Source of the DNA: Bilabrum cf. latius | Taxonomy: Eukaryota | DNA length: 64,000 nucleotides | Reading direction: 5' to 3' | Assembly (NCBI GenBank): GCA_965178125.1 | Contig: OZ237750.1 | Span: forward strand, 744,001 to 808,000 | Part shown: positions 13,931-26,582 of the stretch, piece by piece | Layout: every line of letters starts with the position of its first letter | Numbering within the stretch: the first letter of the stretch is position 1 | Made by a program: the position numbers and the translations under genes | The notes under the pieces: generated by a model | What the model was told of the DNA's origin: nothing | What the model saw: the letters and a program-made list of their open reading frames with translations, nothing else | Databases searched by the model: none

Positions 13931-16900
13931 ATGCTGTCAATGAACTTGGCGTACGTAGCTGCAGCAGCAGTGATCTGCATACTCGAAGTACAGTCGAGCA
14001 TAATTGATGTTGCGCTAGGAGACACTAGCGGTAATCCCTTGAGTGGTGATTCGGTGCAAGGTATACTGCTTGCTCGAGTTGGGACCGGCTCGTGGGGATT
14101 TGTCTGCGACGACTCGTTCACTTGGAACGCTGCCCGGGCAGCATGCAAACAGCTCGGTCTAGCGCCAAGGCGTGCAGCGATATCGTACAGCTCGGGTGCC
14201 TAGGTCTAGCTCAGTTCGACCAGTTTCACCCTGGACGACGTGAGGTGCTCGCGCCTTGATGAAGGACTGAACTCCTGTTCCTATTCCACGAGCCACAATT
14301 GTGGCGCATCAGAAGGTATTTCTCTCAACTGTCAGGCTAGTGCAATCGATAATACCAGCTGGGAGGTCGCCGTGGCGTCATCGACGGGCAACGTGCTGCC
14401 CAGCAGTTCGAGTGGACGCCTTGCCATAAGGGAGCAAGGCAGCTCTGACGATTGGATGCCCGTGTGCGCCGATGGGTTCCGTGAATCTGCAGCTGCCGCT
14501 GCCTGCAGGGCACTGGGCTATCCGCCAGAGCAGTACAAGCGGGCCGTTACCTTGCAGACCGTGTCTTGGACCGAATTCGGCACACAGCCGACCGTGTCTG
14601 ACCTGACTTGCAAACTGGGCGCCCAGAACCTGCGGGGTGGCTCCTCGAATGACGAGTGCGGTTGGATCCTTCGGGGGCCCGCCACAAGCTCGAACCGAGA
14701 CGCGTGCGACTCAGGTCAGGCGGTGCACATCGATTGCGACACGACAGGGCTGGGTAGTCAGGGCGGGGTGCAGTTCGAGCTGGTGCAGCAGAGCGGGGCA
14801 TCGCAGTCAGACACCCTGCTGAGTGGTTATGTGGCCGCAACGGTTGGACTCACTAGGGGTTTTGTTTGCGACGACAACTTCAATTCTGTCTCAGCAGCCG
14901 TAGTGTGCTAGCAGCTGTTCGGCTTCCCCTAGAGCCGTGCGCTGACGGTCACCACGCGCTCAACGGTGAGCTTGTCACCCCCGATCACTGAGTTTTCCCT
15001 GGAAGATCTCCGGTGCTCTTCATCGTAGAATTACCTGCAGGACTGTGAGTGGAGGAGCACCAGCGTCAACTGCCTGTCGTCCGAAGGGATCCAGGTCGCA
15101 TGCACGACGCCAACAGCGCCAAGCTCTTTGAGCGTTGGCATCGTGCCTGATGCAGTGGCGCACCTTGGCCTGACTCCGTCCGGATCAGTGACGCAGGGCG
15201 TGCTGGTGGCGGCCGACAGTAGCCTGGGCTCGCCTGTGTGGGTGCCGGTGTGCGCCACTGCCCTCGGCTCGCTGCAGGCCTCAGCAGTGTGTGAAGCCGC
15301 CGGATATTTGGGGACAGCAGGGTAGTGGGTGACACAGGCTCCACTTCCAGTCACAGATGGATTGTACAGGTACGGTCTATCCGGCTGCAGTGCTCCTGGG
15401 TCCCGAGATTCCACAGGGAGTTGCGCAGGTTCCATTCAGACCCAGTGCAACGGCAACTAGCCGGCTGGAATACGGTGCTAGGTGGCTAGCTCCAGCATCA
15501 CTTCGGACAGCCTGGAGCTGGGGCTCCTAGACGGTGACTCAAGGACGCGGTCTCGGTCAGCTTTGAGCGCCGGTATTCTCGCCGCTCGCACCTCGACTGC
15601 TGATGCGTTCACGCCAATCTGCGCGGATGGCTGGGACTTGGACTCTGCTGAGGGCACCTGCTCCTTGCTGGGCTTCTCGGTGTAGAGAGATGACATTTCC
15701 TGGGCCACTGCACCGAGGGAGCTCCTGACGTCCATGCGGCACCTCGACTGCCCTCCCGTTGCTTCATTCACGAGCCAGTGCTTGTTCAGTCCTACCGGAA
15801 CCTGCAGCTCCGACAAGCTCATCCTGCTTCGGTGCGGCACGGATGCCCCGCAAGATACGAGCGCGCAAAAGTTCGGACTTGCCCCCAACTCCGGGTCGAG
15901 CAGTCCTGATCCTGACCTCTCGTCCGGCACCTTGTTGGCATCGGGCGTAGGCAACTCTGGCTGGGGAACTGTCTGTGACGACGACTGGGCCGCTGATGAG
16001 ACCAGGTTCGCCTGCTACATGCTTGGCTTCGGCAGGAACAGCCCCATTACATCGTACAGCAGTGTCAACACCGGCACGGTGCGCTTCGTCATGGACAACG
16101 TGAACTGCGAGTCGGATGCTGATTCCTTCTCGGATTGTTCATGGTCGGACTCCCACAACTGCGGGGCGTCTGAAGGACAGTTTATCTTCTGCGGTAGTTT
16201 CGGTTAGGCTGCAATCGCAGCAGGGTCTGGCAGTGGCGATCAATCGGGTCTGGTTGTCTCACTTGCACGAACGTCGACTCCCGGCCTGCTGGATACATCA
16301 CGCAGAGTAGGCGTGCTTGTCGCGCGGGTCTCCGGCACCGGCAACCTGAACCCTGTCTGTGGCGATGGCTTCACCACGCAGACTGCCTTGGTATCGTGCC
16401 GAAACCTGGGCTTCATCACTGGTGAGGACGAGGCCGTCCGGTGGGCCACTTTTACCGCGTCTAGCTCCACCTTCTCGGCGATTTCGTGCCCTTCTTCGGC
16501 TGAGCTGCTGTCGTCCTGCGCTGCGTCGTCGACAACGACGTGCTCGTCCAGAAGCGGTGTTTACGTCATGTGCGGTGACCCGCAGCCTATAACTGACATG
16601 GCCGCTGAGGAGTTCGCGCTAGCTAGCCCCACAGGAGAGCTAGAGCCGTCGTCCGGCCTTGTTGCAGGCACGCTCATCGCCCGGCTGTCAAGCTTCAGCC
16701 CATGGCAACCCGTGTGCGACGATTCCTTTGGAGAGCCCGACGCGCACTTGGTGTGCTACCTGCTGGGGTTCGGCGAGGTGAGCCCCCTGGCAACTTACAC
16801 TGCCTCTGTGGACGTGGGCACGGGGGATTTTTCCATGGACGACCTGAATTGCCCATCAAATGCGCTCTCTGTTGATGACTGCACATACAGCATCAGGGAT

Positions 16901-18964
16901 AATTGCGGGGAGGGGGAGGGTGTCAGTGTTGACTGCGGGCTGTACGCATCCAGCTCTGGCGGGGGCGGGACCGGCACGATCGGAGCTCTTACGTTTCGGT
17001 TACGACCGGAGGGAAACTCGCGCCCGTATGTGCCAGGCGACTCTAACGAACTGTCGTCAGGTATCTTGGAGGCATCCGTGAATGGCGAGGCCTTCGGACC
17101 AGTCTGCGACGACAGCTTTGGCCAGACCGAGGCGGACAGGATCTGCTTGGCCCTTGGCTTCGCCGGATCCTCGGATTTCGATACTGCCGTTGATGCGTCC
17201 GGTGGCAACGACTTCACAGTGGATGATCTCGACTGCCCCTCGGTAGGCACCTGCTCGTACACCACGAACGACAACTGCGGGCTGTCCAGTGAGGGCGTGC
17301 GGCTGACCTGCGAAGGTGGCTCCGGTGGTGGCGGGGGTGGCGGTGGAGGTGGAGGAGGGTCCGGTGGGTCCAGCAGCATCGACGTGTTTCTCAACATTAG
17401 GCGAGACGCGGACATTATGAGCGGGTTTGCCATCGGTTTCCTCGGCATGTCGGCCCTCTCTGCATTCGTAGTCTTCATGGCCAAGGATGACGACGAGATG
17501 CCGGCAACCTGTGCCGTGTGCGGATCTTGGCAGAGCATGGCCGTCGTGATCGGCGTACTGAGCGTTGACATCGAAATCGCTCGCGCCTTCTCGATCCTGA
17601 GATCAGACACTGACGCAAGCTTGTCAGAATACAATGAGCTCCAGGCAGCAGTGGCGGGCCTCGTGCTATTCTCCATCGCGGCGCTGCTCACTTGGTACGT
17701 CAATGCTCTCACGTTGGTCAGCGCTTGCAGCAGTGGGGACGCAAGCGATGATGATTTCTGCGAGTTCCCCCCGCTGTCGGCGTGTATCGGTGTGCACAGC
17801 ATGGTCAGCATGGAGGGGGCCCTCTGCTGGGCCGTCCGCTCGGATGACTTTGGGCTGAACGTGTACAGCGGCAGCACGACCAGTCGCGATTCTTGCTGGT
17901 CGTTTATCGCGCGGATGGCAGCCATTCGGCTGCTTATCCTTGAGATACCCCACATCATCATCTTTGCGTGGCTCCGTGGTAGGTTTGGCAGCTGGTTCTC
18001 GTTGAATGTGGGCATCGCGGCAGCCTCTCTGTCGCTGATATTCACGCTGATGCGACTGCTGTTCTGGATTTCGGACTACGACTCGACCAGCACGTTCGGC
18101 GCACACCTTGACTGCCCGTGCTGCAACTAGGATGACGCATAGCCGGCTAACAATCAAAACCAAGCCCGAGCAGGACCAGGAGGGCCCGACTAGCCGCAAG
18201 GACAAGGGCAGCAGGGGCAACGACAGCCCCCCACCCCGATCGCACCACACTCTGGTGGAAGCTCCGCCAGTAGCTCAGTCCCCCGAGCCCCGGCAAGCGC
18301 TGTATCTGCCCCAAAGCTGCCGGTTCAGCAGCCATCACCATCGGCGCCGGCTGCCCATAGTGGCATGTATCCCCCGCCCGTGCAGTTCCCTAGCAGCGGC
18401 CCGGCGCCAACACCACCTGGCTATACCAGTAGTGCTATGAATCCTTACGGGGGGTTTTCTGGCACCAATCCGCAATATGCAGGTGGTGGGCCGCCGAGCG
18501 CAGAGGCTGCGAAGACTGCGGCTGCCTCATAGCCGGGAGTCGGTGGTATTGGCGCGGGCAGCGGTAGTGGTGCGTACTACGGTGCTCCAGCGGCAGTGGG
18601 TTTGCAGCCCTATCCTGGGCCTGCTGGGGCCGCTGGTGCAGCTGCGGGAGCAGGCGCATACCCTGCCAATCCCTATGGGTCTCCGTACGGTGCGTACGGT
18701 GGGGCACCCAACGCATCGGCAGGGGCCTGGAACGTCGGCGCGACTGGGACCGGCCCACCAGCCTCGGAGTTCTCGGGCGCTCCTGGGTACGACCCGTACA
18801 GGCCGGCGCCCGCAGGGCAATGGAACGCCAGTGTACCCTCTCCACAAGGACAGGGTACCAGCAGCGGCGCACCGGCAGCAGCTGCACCAGGAGGCGCAGC
18901 GCAGTATCCCGGCGCTCCCCCGGGAGGCTCCGGTGGGGCTGCTGGGTTCGGGGCCGCGGTATGA
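13931..18964 (+). CDS. Scavenger receptor cysteine-rich (SRCR) membrane protein, ~1,677 aa: signal peptide, ~9 SRCR domains, Gly linker, ~6 TM segments, Gln/Pro/Gly/Tyr-rich tail
   Basis: ORFs 13931, 14240, 15128, 15482, 15734, 16313 and 18596 are in one frame, separated only by TAG; ends at TGA 18962-18964. Repeated SRCR motifs: WGFVCDDSF...AACKQLG, WGTVCDDDW, MDNVNC, HNCGASEG. Confidence 0.9.
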
Positions 18965-19078
18965 AAGTGCACTCTGTGCAGGAAATTGTGATACGAATAC
19001 TTGAATGCGACTGTTAGACCGCCATTTTTGTAGATTTAGGAAGAATGCAGATCATCGCATTGCGCGGGCGGGCAACCG

Positions 19079-21012
19079 TCACCCGAACTCTGACCCCGAG
19101 AACCTGGACCCACTCATCGACACGCTGCCCGCCCCGCCACCTCCGCCTAGAGTGGACTCCCCCCAAGCACCGCCAGCCACGCTGGCCCCTACACCCCCCC
19201 TCGATCCAGAGATGCCCAGCGATCGCCCCTGCTTGGCCGCCTCCTTGCGCTGAGCCACCTTCCGCGTCGCCCCTCGCATGTAAAACACCCCCGGCTGGGT
19301 CTTCACGTGCCCCGCAGCAGCAGTGATGGTACCAGCGAAGGTACCTCGCCCCACGCTGCTAAACCCAGGCACCCCGCTCCCAGATGCCCCGAGCCCACTC
19401 GCGGACGCACCCAGCCCGCCGCCACGCATCCCGGCCGACGACCCAGTCCCCATGCCCGACCTGCTGCTGCTCGCTAGACTGCGACTTCCCGATACATCCA
19501 GCCCACGAGACGCGCCAATGCCGGCGTGGCCCCCCGTACTTCCGCCGTGCCTGCCACCAGCAGCAGCACCAGCAGCCGCCAAGGATGGCAGCAGACCGAA
19601 GGCAGCGCCAGAAGCGCCCGCCCCGCCCGCACCCACGTTTGCCGCGTACCAGTCCTAGTCCCGCTTCCACCGCTTCACAATCTCCTGGAAGTCTCTCACA
19701 TACGCCCCTACCACTTCCAGCTCTTTCTCGGCGAGGCCAGCCAGCCTCTTCAATCGCTGCTCGTCTGTCTCAACCTCGTCCGCGCCCGTGCCCTTGCCAT
19801 TGGCGTCGTCTCCCCCCTCGGAATCGAGACCTTCAGTCTGACTACTCTTGGACCCAACAGCAGCAGCCCCAGCTCGTCGCATGGGGGACGGAGGGCCCAT
19901 GCCGCTCTCCTTGCGCCTAGCAGGCACTGACGGTCCTGTCCCAGCTGCGCCGCCGCCCGCAGCTTTCTTCCCGGGAGACTTCGCAGGGAGACCCCCGCCT
20001 CTCTGCGAGGTGTCCCGCATGATATCGTGCTCGTGCTTGAGCCTGTGGGTGAGCCCGCTCTGGGTGCACCGCTGGAACACGTTTCGGATCGCTGCCAGCA
20101 CGATGCCAGTCTCCGACGTGCGGGTGCTGTGACGAGCGGCCGCGTCTGTCTCCGATCGCACGAGGCTGTCTGCCGCGACCTTCTGGGACTCGTACGCCTT
20201 GGACAGCGTGGCAGCCTGCAGGGTCTGGAGCAGCTGCCTGCTGCTGCCATCCTCGGTCAGGTGGTCGATAGCCCTGCGCACCTGCTGCAGCTGCGTCTGG
20301 TTCACCGACTGCTCGGATTCGAGGACTGCATGCTGCTTCTCGAGCTTCGTGTACCTGGTTTCAATCGTATCAATTTCGGGGAACTCGTCAGGATACTTCT
20401 CTTGTACAGTTTTAAGGTACTTTCTGTATCTAACAACTGCGACAGTTTGGGGACGGCAACGCACGCGCTCCGTGGTATCACCGGAATCAACATGTCCACA
20501 GCGCATTGGAGCATAATTAGAGAAGCCTCACCTCTGTCTAGATCCTATTTCATGGCAGTAAGCTCATCTTCCTGGTGCTGGAGCTCCTAACGGAGCCTTT
20601 CAATTTCCCTCTCCTTTAACTGCCTCGCTTTCTCCTCCTGCATGCGACGTTGCAGCGCCCTCTATCGTTTTGCCTCATTATTGGTAATGATCTTGTTATA
20701 GTTGATCAGACTTGTTTGAAGATTGAGATCTTTCTTGCGGAGGCTCTCCTCCCGCCTCCGAAATGCCTCCTCTCGCCTAGCAAACTCCTCTTTCTACGCA
20801 TCCAGAGCCTCCTGGACCTCAAACATCTACCGTCGCTTCTCCAGGAGCCTGGTTGCAGGTGTTACATTGTCAATGAACAGCTGGTAGGTTTCCTATCTGC
20901 GATCGGTACCACATGCAGGAAAATTCCACAAGTAGGCGCTTTCTGGATCAAAGGTCGAAATCCTGCACACGAGCAAAGCATATTCTTACGATTCTTTCTT
21001 TGATCCAGCCAT
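19079..21012 (-). CDS. CFAP73: Cilia/flagella-associated coiled-coil protein CFAP73/CCDC42 family (DUF4200); 3 exons; Gly/Ser-rich C-terminal extension
   Basis: Exon 2 reads VTPATRLLEKRR*MFEVQEALDA*KEEFARREEAFRRREESLRKKDLNLQTSL (*=TAG), matching the family motif as I recall it (TRLLEKRRQMFEVQEALEAQKEEF). Introns 20897-20989 (GTAAGA..CGCAG) and ~20438-20532 (GTGAGG..CGCAG). Reads through TAG 19655 to TGA 19079-19081. Confidence 0.85.
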
Positions 21013-21148
21013 GGAAGATAAGGGTAGCGAATGGTTGGCCCACTTGCACCTTGCTAGCCGTTCCGTGCATTGTAGCGAGCTGTTTTGATTTGCCAACAAA
21101 CTCAACGGCAACAGCGGAATAGGTTTCAGAGCTTCTCCTCCCGCTAGA
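21013..21148. promoter_or_regulatory. Probable bidirectional promoter between divergent CFAP73 and EF-hand genes
   Basis: Only 136 bp between head-to-head predicted ATGs; lower GC than flanking CDS. Confidence 0.45.
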
Positions 21149-24100
21149 ATGGGAACTCACGAAGATACAATTGCTGTAGACTTTTCACGATCGGTCGGAA
21201 GACGAGAGAGCTATTCCTGGGGGACCGGCAGAGATGGGCTTCGGCCTGGATAGGACTCTGGGCATCACTTGCTTGCGCCGTATGACCCGTCAAAGAGTGG
21301 CCGGATGAGCAAGGCCGACTTCAGCAAGGCCATCTCAAGATTTGCAGCAAGACATGAAGCCCCTAGCCTGAGCGAATCAGTTTGGAAAGTTGCCAGAGAG
21401 TTCGAGGACAGCCACACTGGGCAAGTGCGCCACGGCGAATTTACGCAAAAGAATTTCGATCGAACCATTGCGGAGGCCGAAGCAGCTCGATCACGAAGCA
21501 TCAGGGATCTTGGGCCTTCTCGTCTGATTCATGGGCCTCTGGGCTGCCGCACGCGGTGGGCCCCGTGGGAGCTGCCAAGCGCAGGCAATGCGGCCCACGG
21601 AGAGGAAGAGTGCAAATCGTCCGACGAAGCAGCTGGTGCACAAGCCACAGACGATGCTGGTGGCGTTAGAGACTCGTCTCTATCTGCTCCTGCTGTGCCG
21701 CAATTGAGTAGCGCTGGCGAGCCGCCCGCCGCTTCGCGCCGTCGCTTCTCCCAGCAGCAGCTGTAGCCCGCTCGCATCGTCACGCTCGTGCCGGGCTCGA
21801 GGAGGCACCCAGGGGAGTACTGTCCGCCCGACATGTTTGCTACGTTGCATCCAGTAGGGGAAATTGTGCCGGGGCGGCCTGCCGATGCCCGCAGCAGTCG
21901 GCTGAGCCCGCGGACGGGGCTGCCCGGCCCGTCGGGCAGCTCGCACCAGGGAGCTTCCATCGTGGAAGGAAGGTTCGCTGGCACCACGTCTGCGAACGTG
22001 CCGGACGCGGCAGGGAAGCGAAGCGGATCTCCGGTCGGTCTCCGGATCGATAGCGGCGGGGCCGCGGGGGACCCCTGGGCAGCGGCAGCTGCGAGCTAGT
22101 AGAACGATGCCTCGGCAACCGGCAACTGCAGCCAGGCGGGCGAGACCCACCCGCAGGCAAACTCCGGACCAAGGAGGGGTGGTATATCCAGGACCAGCAC
22201 GGGCTCAATCGCGCTAGACCGCGCTCGAGACCAGGCTCTGGCCATCTTGGTCCGGGCCAGCAACGGTAGGGGCGCTCGCGTCCGGGCCATGCTGCGTGGC
22301 ATCGACGGAGACGGGGACGGAAGGGTCACTCACAACGAGCTGGGGCGCGCACTGCGCAACAGGGGGCTGGGCATCGAGGCGCATCACGCCAGGGCGCTTG
22401 CTGCTCACGCTGACGGGAATGGTGACGGGGTGGTTCGTATCTCAGACGTGGAGGATGCGGTTGATGAGGTGGCCCGGCAAGGATCCGTTCCGGGGCAGGG
22501 GGGCTCGAGTGCCCCTGGCACCGGAGCCCGCGCCACGAGGCGGCGCGGCGCGGCCTTTGACAATCTGCGGCGAGCGCTGTGGGAGCGCCTTCCGGGGCAG
22601 TCACTGTCCAAGGTGCTGCGGTCTGTGGACGGCAACCGGGACGGGTAGATGGACCGGGGTAAGCTAGAGTCGTGCTTCCGGGCCATGGGCGTTGAGGTGA
22701 AGCCCGCCGACATGGACATGATCTGCGCGCACCCGTCTGTGGCCAGGGGCAAGGGCCGCGTGGACTACGTGGCGCTGGGCAACCTGGCGGCCATGCACTC
22801 TGGCGCAGAGGCTGCCGTAGAGGCGGGTACGGAGGGCGTGCCCGACACTCTCGGCATGTCGTCGCCCGTGTTCCTCAAGTCCGAACAGGGCAAAGAGCAA
22901 GGAAAAGATGGGAAGCAAACCGCAGTTCCTGGGTTTCCAGTGGCTGCGGCAGGGGGACCCTCCGGTCGGCTTGACGTGACCTTTGGCCACACCACGCAGC
23001 CCAGACCGATTGCCTCTCGGGGCATGTCGGCTCGGGTCACGGGCTCGGTAGCTCGGCCCTTCGACTCGCTGCAGCAGCACCAGTGGACGTGCTAGCACCA
23101 CCTGCACCCGACCGTCACGACCCAGCACCAGGACACGGCGAAGGGGTTCGACCCTTCCCACCCGCGCACGAAAGAGGACGTCCACGACGCAGTTGCGAGA
23201 GAGAGGCTGCTGCAGACTGTGCGAGGCGCTTCGATGGACGGCAGTTACGGCGTCCACCAGATCTTCCTCGAGCAGCAGCACCAGCACCAGCACCAGCACC
23301 AGCCGGGGGATGCTGGGACAAACGGGGCAACCAGGAGCATTCCGAGCTCGGATTCAACGGTGTCATACGAGCAGCTCCGCTTGCGGCTGGCTAGGACCGG
23401 GGTACCTCTCAGTAGCGAGGACTTCGGCAGACTCGCGGCCACTTTGGACCCGGAGGGAACGGGGATGGTTCGGTACGACCGCACGTGCGAGGCCCTGGGT
23501 GTGCCTCCTGCCAAGCTGCCGCCGCACCTCGCCAGAAACGACGATTCACAGGACTCGAGGCGCGGCGACCAGCCTCGCAGCGGTGTTCTGGACGTGGACC
23601 ACCCCTGGACCAGGGCAGCGTGGCTCCGTGGGCAGGAGAGCAAGAGCTAGCGCCGGCTGGGGAGGCGCGCGTAGAGGTAGCAAGGGCAAGGCAAGGGCCA
23701 GGACGACGACGAGAAGGCTGGTACAGGTGGCAAGAGCAGCAGCAGCAGCGGAAAGGCAGTCACCGATCCGCCCAAGGATGCCGGCCCTGCCCCTTCTCGC
23801 AGCACGGCTGCTGTCGCCGCTGTCATCTCCCAGGCCCCCCAACCCGCCGATGCACCGGCCCCACCACAGCTCGTTCGTGGCCCCGCGGCCGACTCGATTC
23901 GGACCGCGTGGCAGCGCAAGTGGGGAACCTCGTTGAACACACAGCAGCAGCGGCTGCACGACGGATACGGCCCGGATGGGAAGCCCATTCCACCGCCTCC
24001 ACTGCCGTCCCAGCCCTCCGCTGCTGCCTTTTACAGGCCGGGGACGAGCAACCCTTTGGACATGACGGACCCCACCAAGAATCCCATGCAGCAGCAGGCG

Positions 24101-25210
24101 GATGCATGGGCGCAACAGGCGGCAGAGACCTCCATGCAGATGTACAGGCTGGGCAAGACGGGGGTCCCGCCTGCTCAGCAGGACGGACTGCCAGTGTCAC
24201 CCCGCCGGATGGGCCGGCCGCGACCCATCCGAGCCATGGATGCGGAGGCCAACCAGACGATGCCGGCAGCGGGTGCTCCGTCGCACCTGGTCCAGCCCAG
24301 CCGGCAGTACGTCGCACGCATGGTGCAGGGGCACGCAAGCGGCGAGGCGCGGTCTGGCAGACGCTTCGGTCGCGCGAGGAGCGCCCCACCACGTCGGGTG
24401 AGGGCGGTGCAGGGCATGAGCGAGCATGGTACCCTCGTCCACGGGGAACAAGAAGAAGGCCCCAGTCACGAGCCGTCAGGGCGTGGCTCCACCCACGGGG
24501 AACAAGCAGCGGTTGTGGACGATGGTATGCCCGAGGCTCGCCACATGCTAGCGAGGCGAGCCTGGGCCCAGCGCATGATCATGTCAAGGCCCTCTGCGTA
24601 CTTCCCGCAGCCTGAGGATAGTAGCAGCGGCAATGGGGACAGGGGCAACCACCAGCGGCAGAGAGACGAGGGGCGGAGACCTCGCCAGGACAGCTCTGTG
24701 CGCCAGCAAGTAGAAGGAGCCATACAGGCGTAGCAGGGGGCCGTGGTGGGGCTGAGGAGGCGGACAGCCATTGCCGCCACGGTCTCTTACGATGAGCTAC
24801 CCAGGGACCTCGCTCGAGGGCAGCTAAATCGCTCGCACGTGAGGCTCTTCGACGAAGCGATGCCGTTCGGGGGCGGGAGGGGGCGGGAGGGGCGGTTGGG
24901 GAAGGGGCGGTCTGCGAGCGCGGGCAGGGCTCGAAGGGGCAGGTCAGTGGATGCCCGTGAGTTTGATAGGCGGAGGGACGCGGGGCGCAGGCGAGAGGAA
25001 GAGAAGGAGCTGGCCATCCGTGGGCTGTCGTCAACAGGGGGCGGCTCGGGCGGGCACGACGGCAGGCAGCACGAGGTCGGGAGCGAGCCAAGTGCGCAGC
25101 AGCTGGTAGGCATGATCAAGGCAGGCCAGGCGGAGCGGGAGCACAGGATATTGCGGTGCAAGGCAGCTCTACCAGGTAGTGGTGGAGCGCCACAACCCCG
25201 GCGGTCTTGA
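21149..25210 (+). CDS. Large multi-EF-hand calcium-binding protein (~1,350 aa), largely low complexity
   Basis: Seven same-frame ORF fragments joined through TAGs; ends at TGA 25208-25210. EF-hand loops DPSKSGRMSKADF, DGDGDGRVTHNEL, DGNGDGVVRISD, DGNRDG*MDRGKL, DPEGTGMVRYD. Confidence 0.8.
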
Positions 25211-25287
25211 CGATTGCAGTTCCGGTTTTCACCGTCCGTTGCGCGGGTGATTTATTGTTGTGGGAATTGTTGCATCGAAAGGCGTAT

Positions 25288-26371
25288 ATGCAGTCCCTCA
25301 TTGCGATCTCTATATTAGCAGTATATAATTCGGCCAGTGTATTGGCAGATACGGCTGCCTTGGACGTTTGTACATGCCAGGCAACCAAGTTTCTAGATGT
25401 CCCTGCTGGGCAAGTTGAAATCACTGGCATGCCAAGTGGGACTGCGTTCCAGAAACTAGGTCTCGCGTATGCTAGTGTGATTCTTGAGGGGGAAGGTCTC
25501 AAGACGAAGACTGATACGCCAATGCTTGTCAGTATCACGAAAGCGCAAAACGACAAGGTTCGAATTGCGATGCCGGCACTGGCCAGCGTCCAGGTCCAGT
25601 CTTCGTTCAGTCAAGCAATCGACTGCCAATACGCACGTAAGATCACTGCCATGCTCGACGCGCACGTCAATTTGTGCGCTGCGACTCGATCGTTTGTTCG
25701 CCATGCTAACGTGTCTGTCCTCTCCGCACGCAGCTGTAGATATCACAAGAATCCTGCTGCTCGTGGCGGGATCAGTGATCGTCCTGGCTTCTCCTGTGCT
25801 TGGATCTTGCTTGCGAGTGCGCTCCGTGTTCTTGGGTCTGACTTTTCTGTTCAGCGCTGCGATCGCTGTAGTCTTCATCATGTACTACGCGTGGCAGTCC
25901 GTAGGTGGCGGAGGCGACGCCCGCAACCTCGCGATCGGCGCGATGGCCCCCCTGGCCCTCATCACCGTCATCCAGCAGCTGACGGGGTGGCAGTTCAGGC
26001 TCGAAGACATGACGGGGAAGGATCTGTTTCCCCCGTACCAGAACTGGCTTGTCGTCCTGGCCATCATGCTCGTGGTCATCGCGGTGGTCGTGGCAACGAT
26101 CGTCACGTCTTGCGTCACAGACCGGATGGTGCAGCAGGCCAGCAGCGCGCTGGAGGTGGCCATGTTCGTCAGTGGCCTGGCTCTCGCGGGGTTGAGTTCC
26201 TCCATGCTGGCCCTGAACGCCGCCATCGTGGCCGTGCTGGCCCTGTCGTACCTTGTGATGACCTGCACCTGCTTCCGGCGAGGGAGCGGCGGCCATGGCC
26301 AGGATGAGGGCGAGCTGGCCCCCAGCACTGAGGCGCATGAAGGGGATGAGCACAGACCGAAGCGCGAATGA
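25288..26371 (+). CDS. Signal-peptide multi-pass membrane protein, resembles NEMP/TMEM194 (DUF2215); one intron
   Basis: Hydrophobic N-terminus MQSLIAISILAVY; intron 25637-25733 (GTAAG...GCTAAC...CGCAG) joins exon 1 in frame to ~5-6 TM helices (RILLLVAGSVIVLASPVLG...); TGA stop. Family assignment is by eye only. Confidence 0.55.
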
Positions 26372-26582
26372 TGGTGGAGATGGCGGGCATGGGTGCAGTG
26401 CAGTGCAGCGGCGGGCATGGAGCACCGAGAGCATGGGCTTCCGATGGTTTCCGAGACTGCGCAGCCTTGAAGCACTTGGATCTACCCTAAATTGAATTAA
26501 AACAAGCAGCATAAGTCATCTCCCGCAATTGCGGACTGGCCGTCTCCATCGAGCCACCAAACCCATGTAGCCCAAGCAGTGC

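Noticed and set aside
16795-18045. Long antisense or alternative-frame ORFs (also 30628-31947, 42902-44350, 54107-55333, 56436-57482)
   Set aside because: Shadows of real GC-rich genes on the other strand, with no recognisable motifs.
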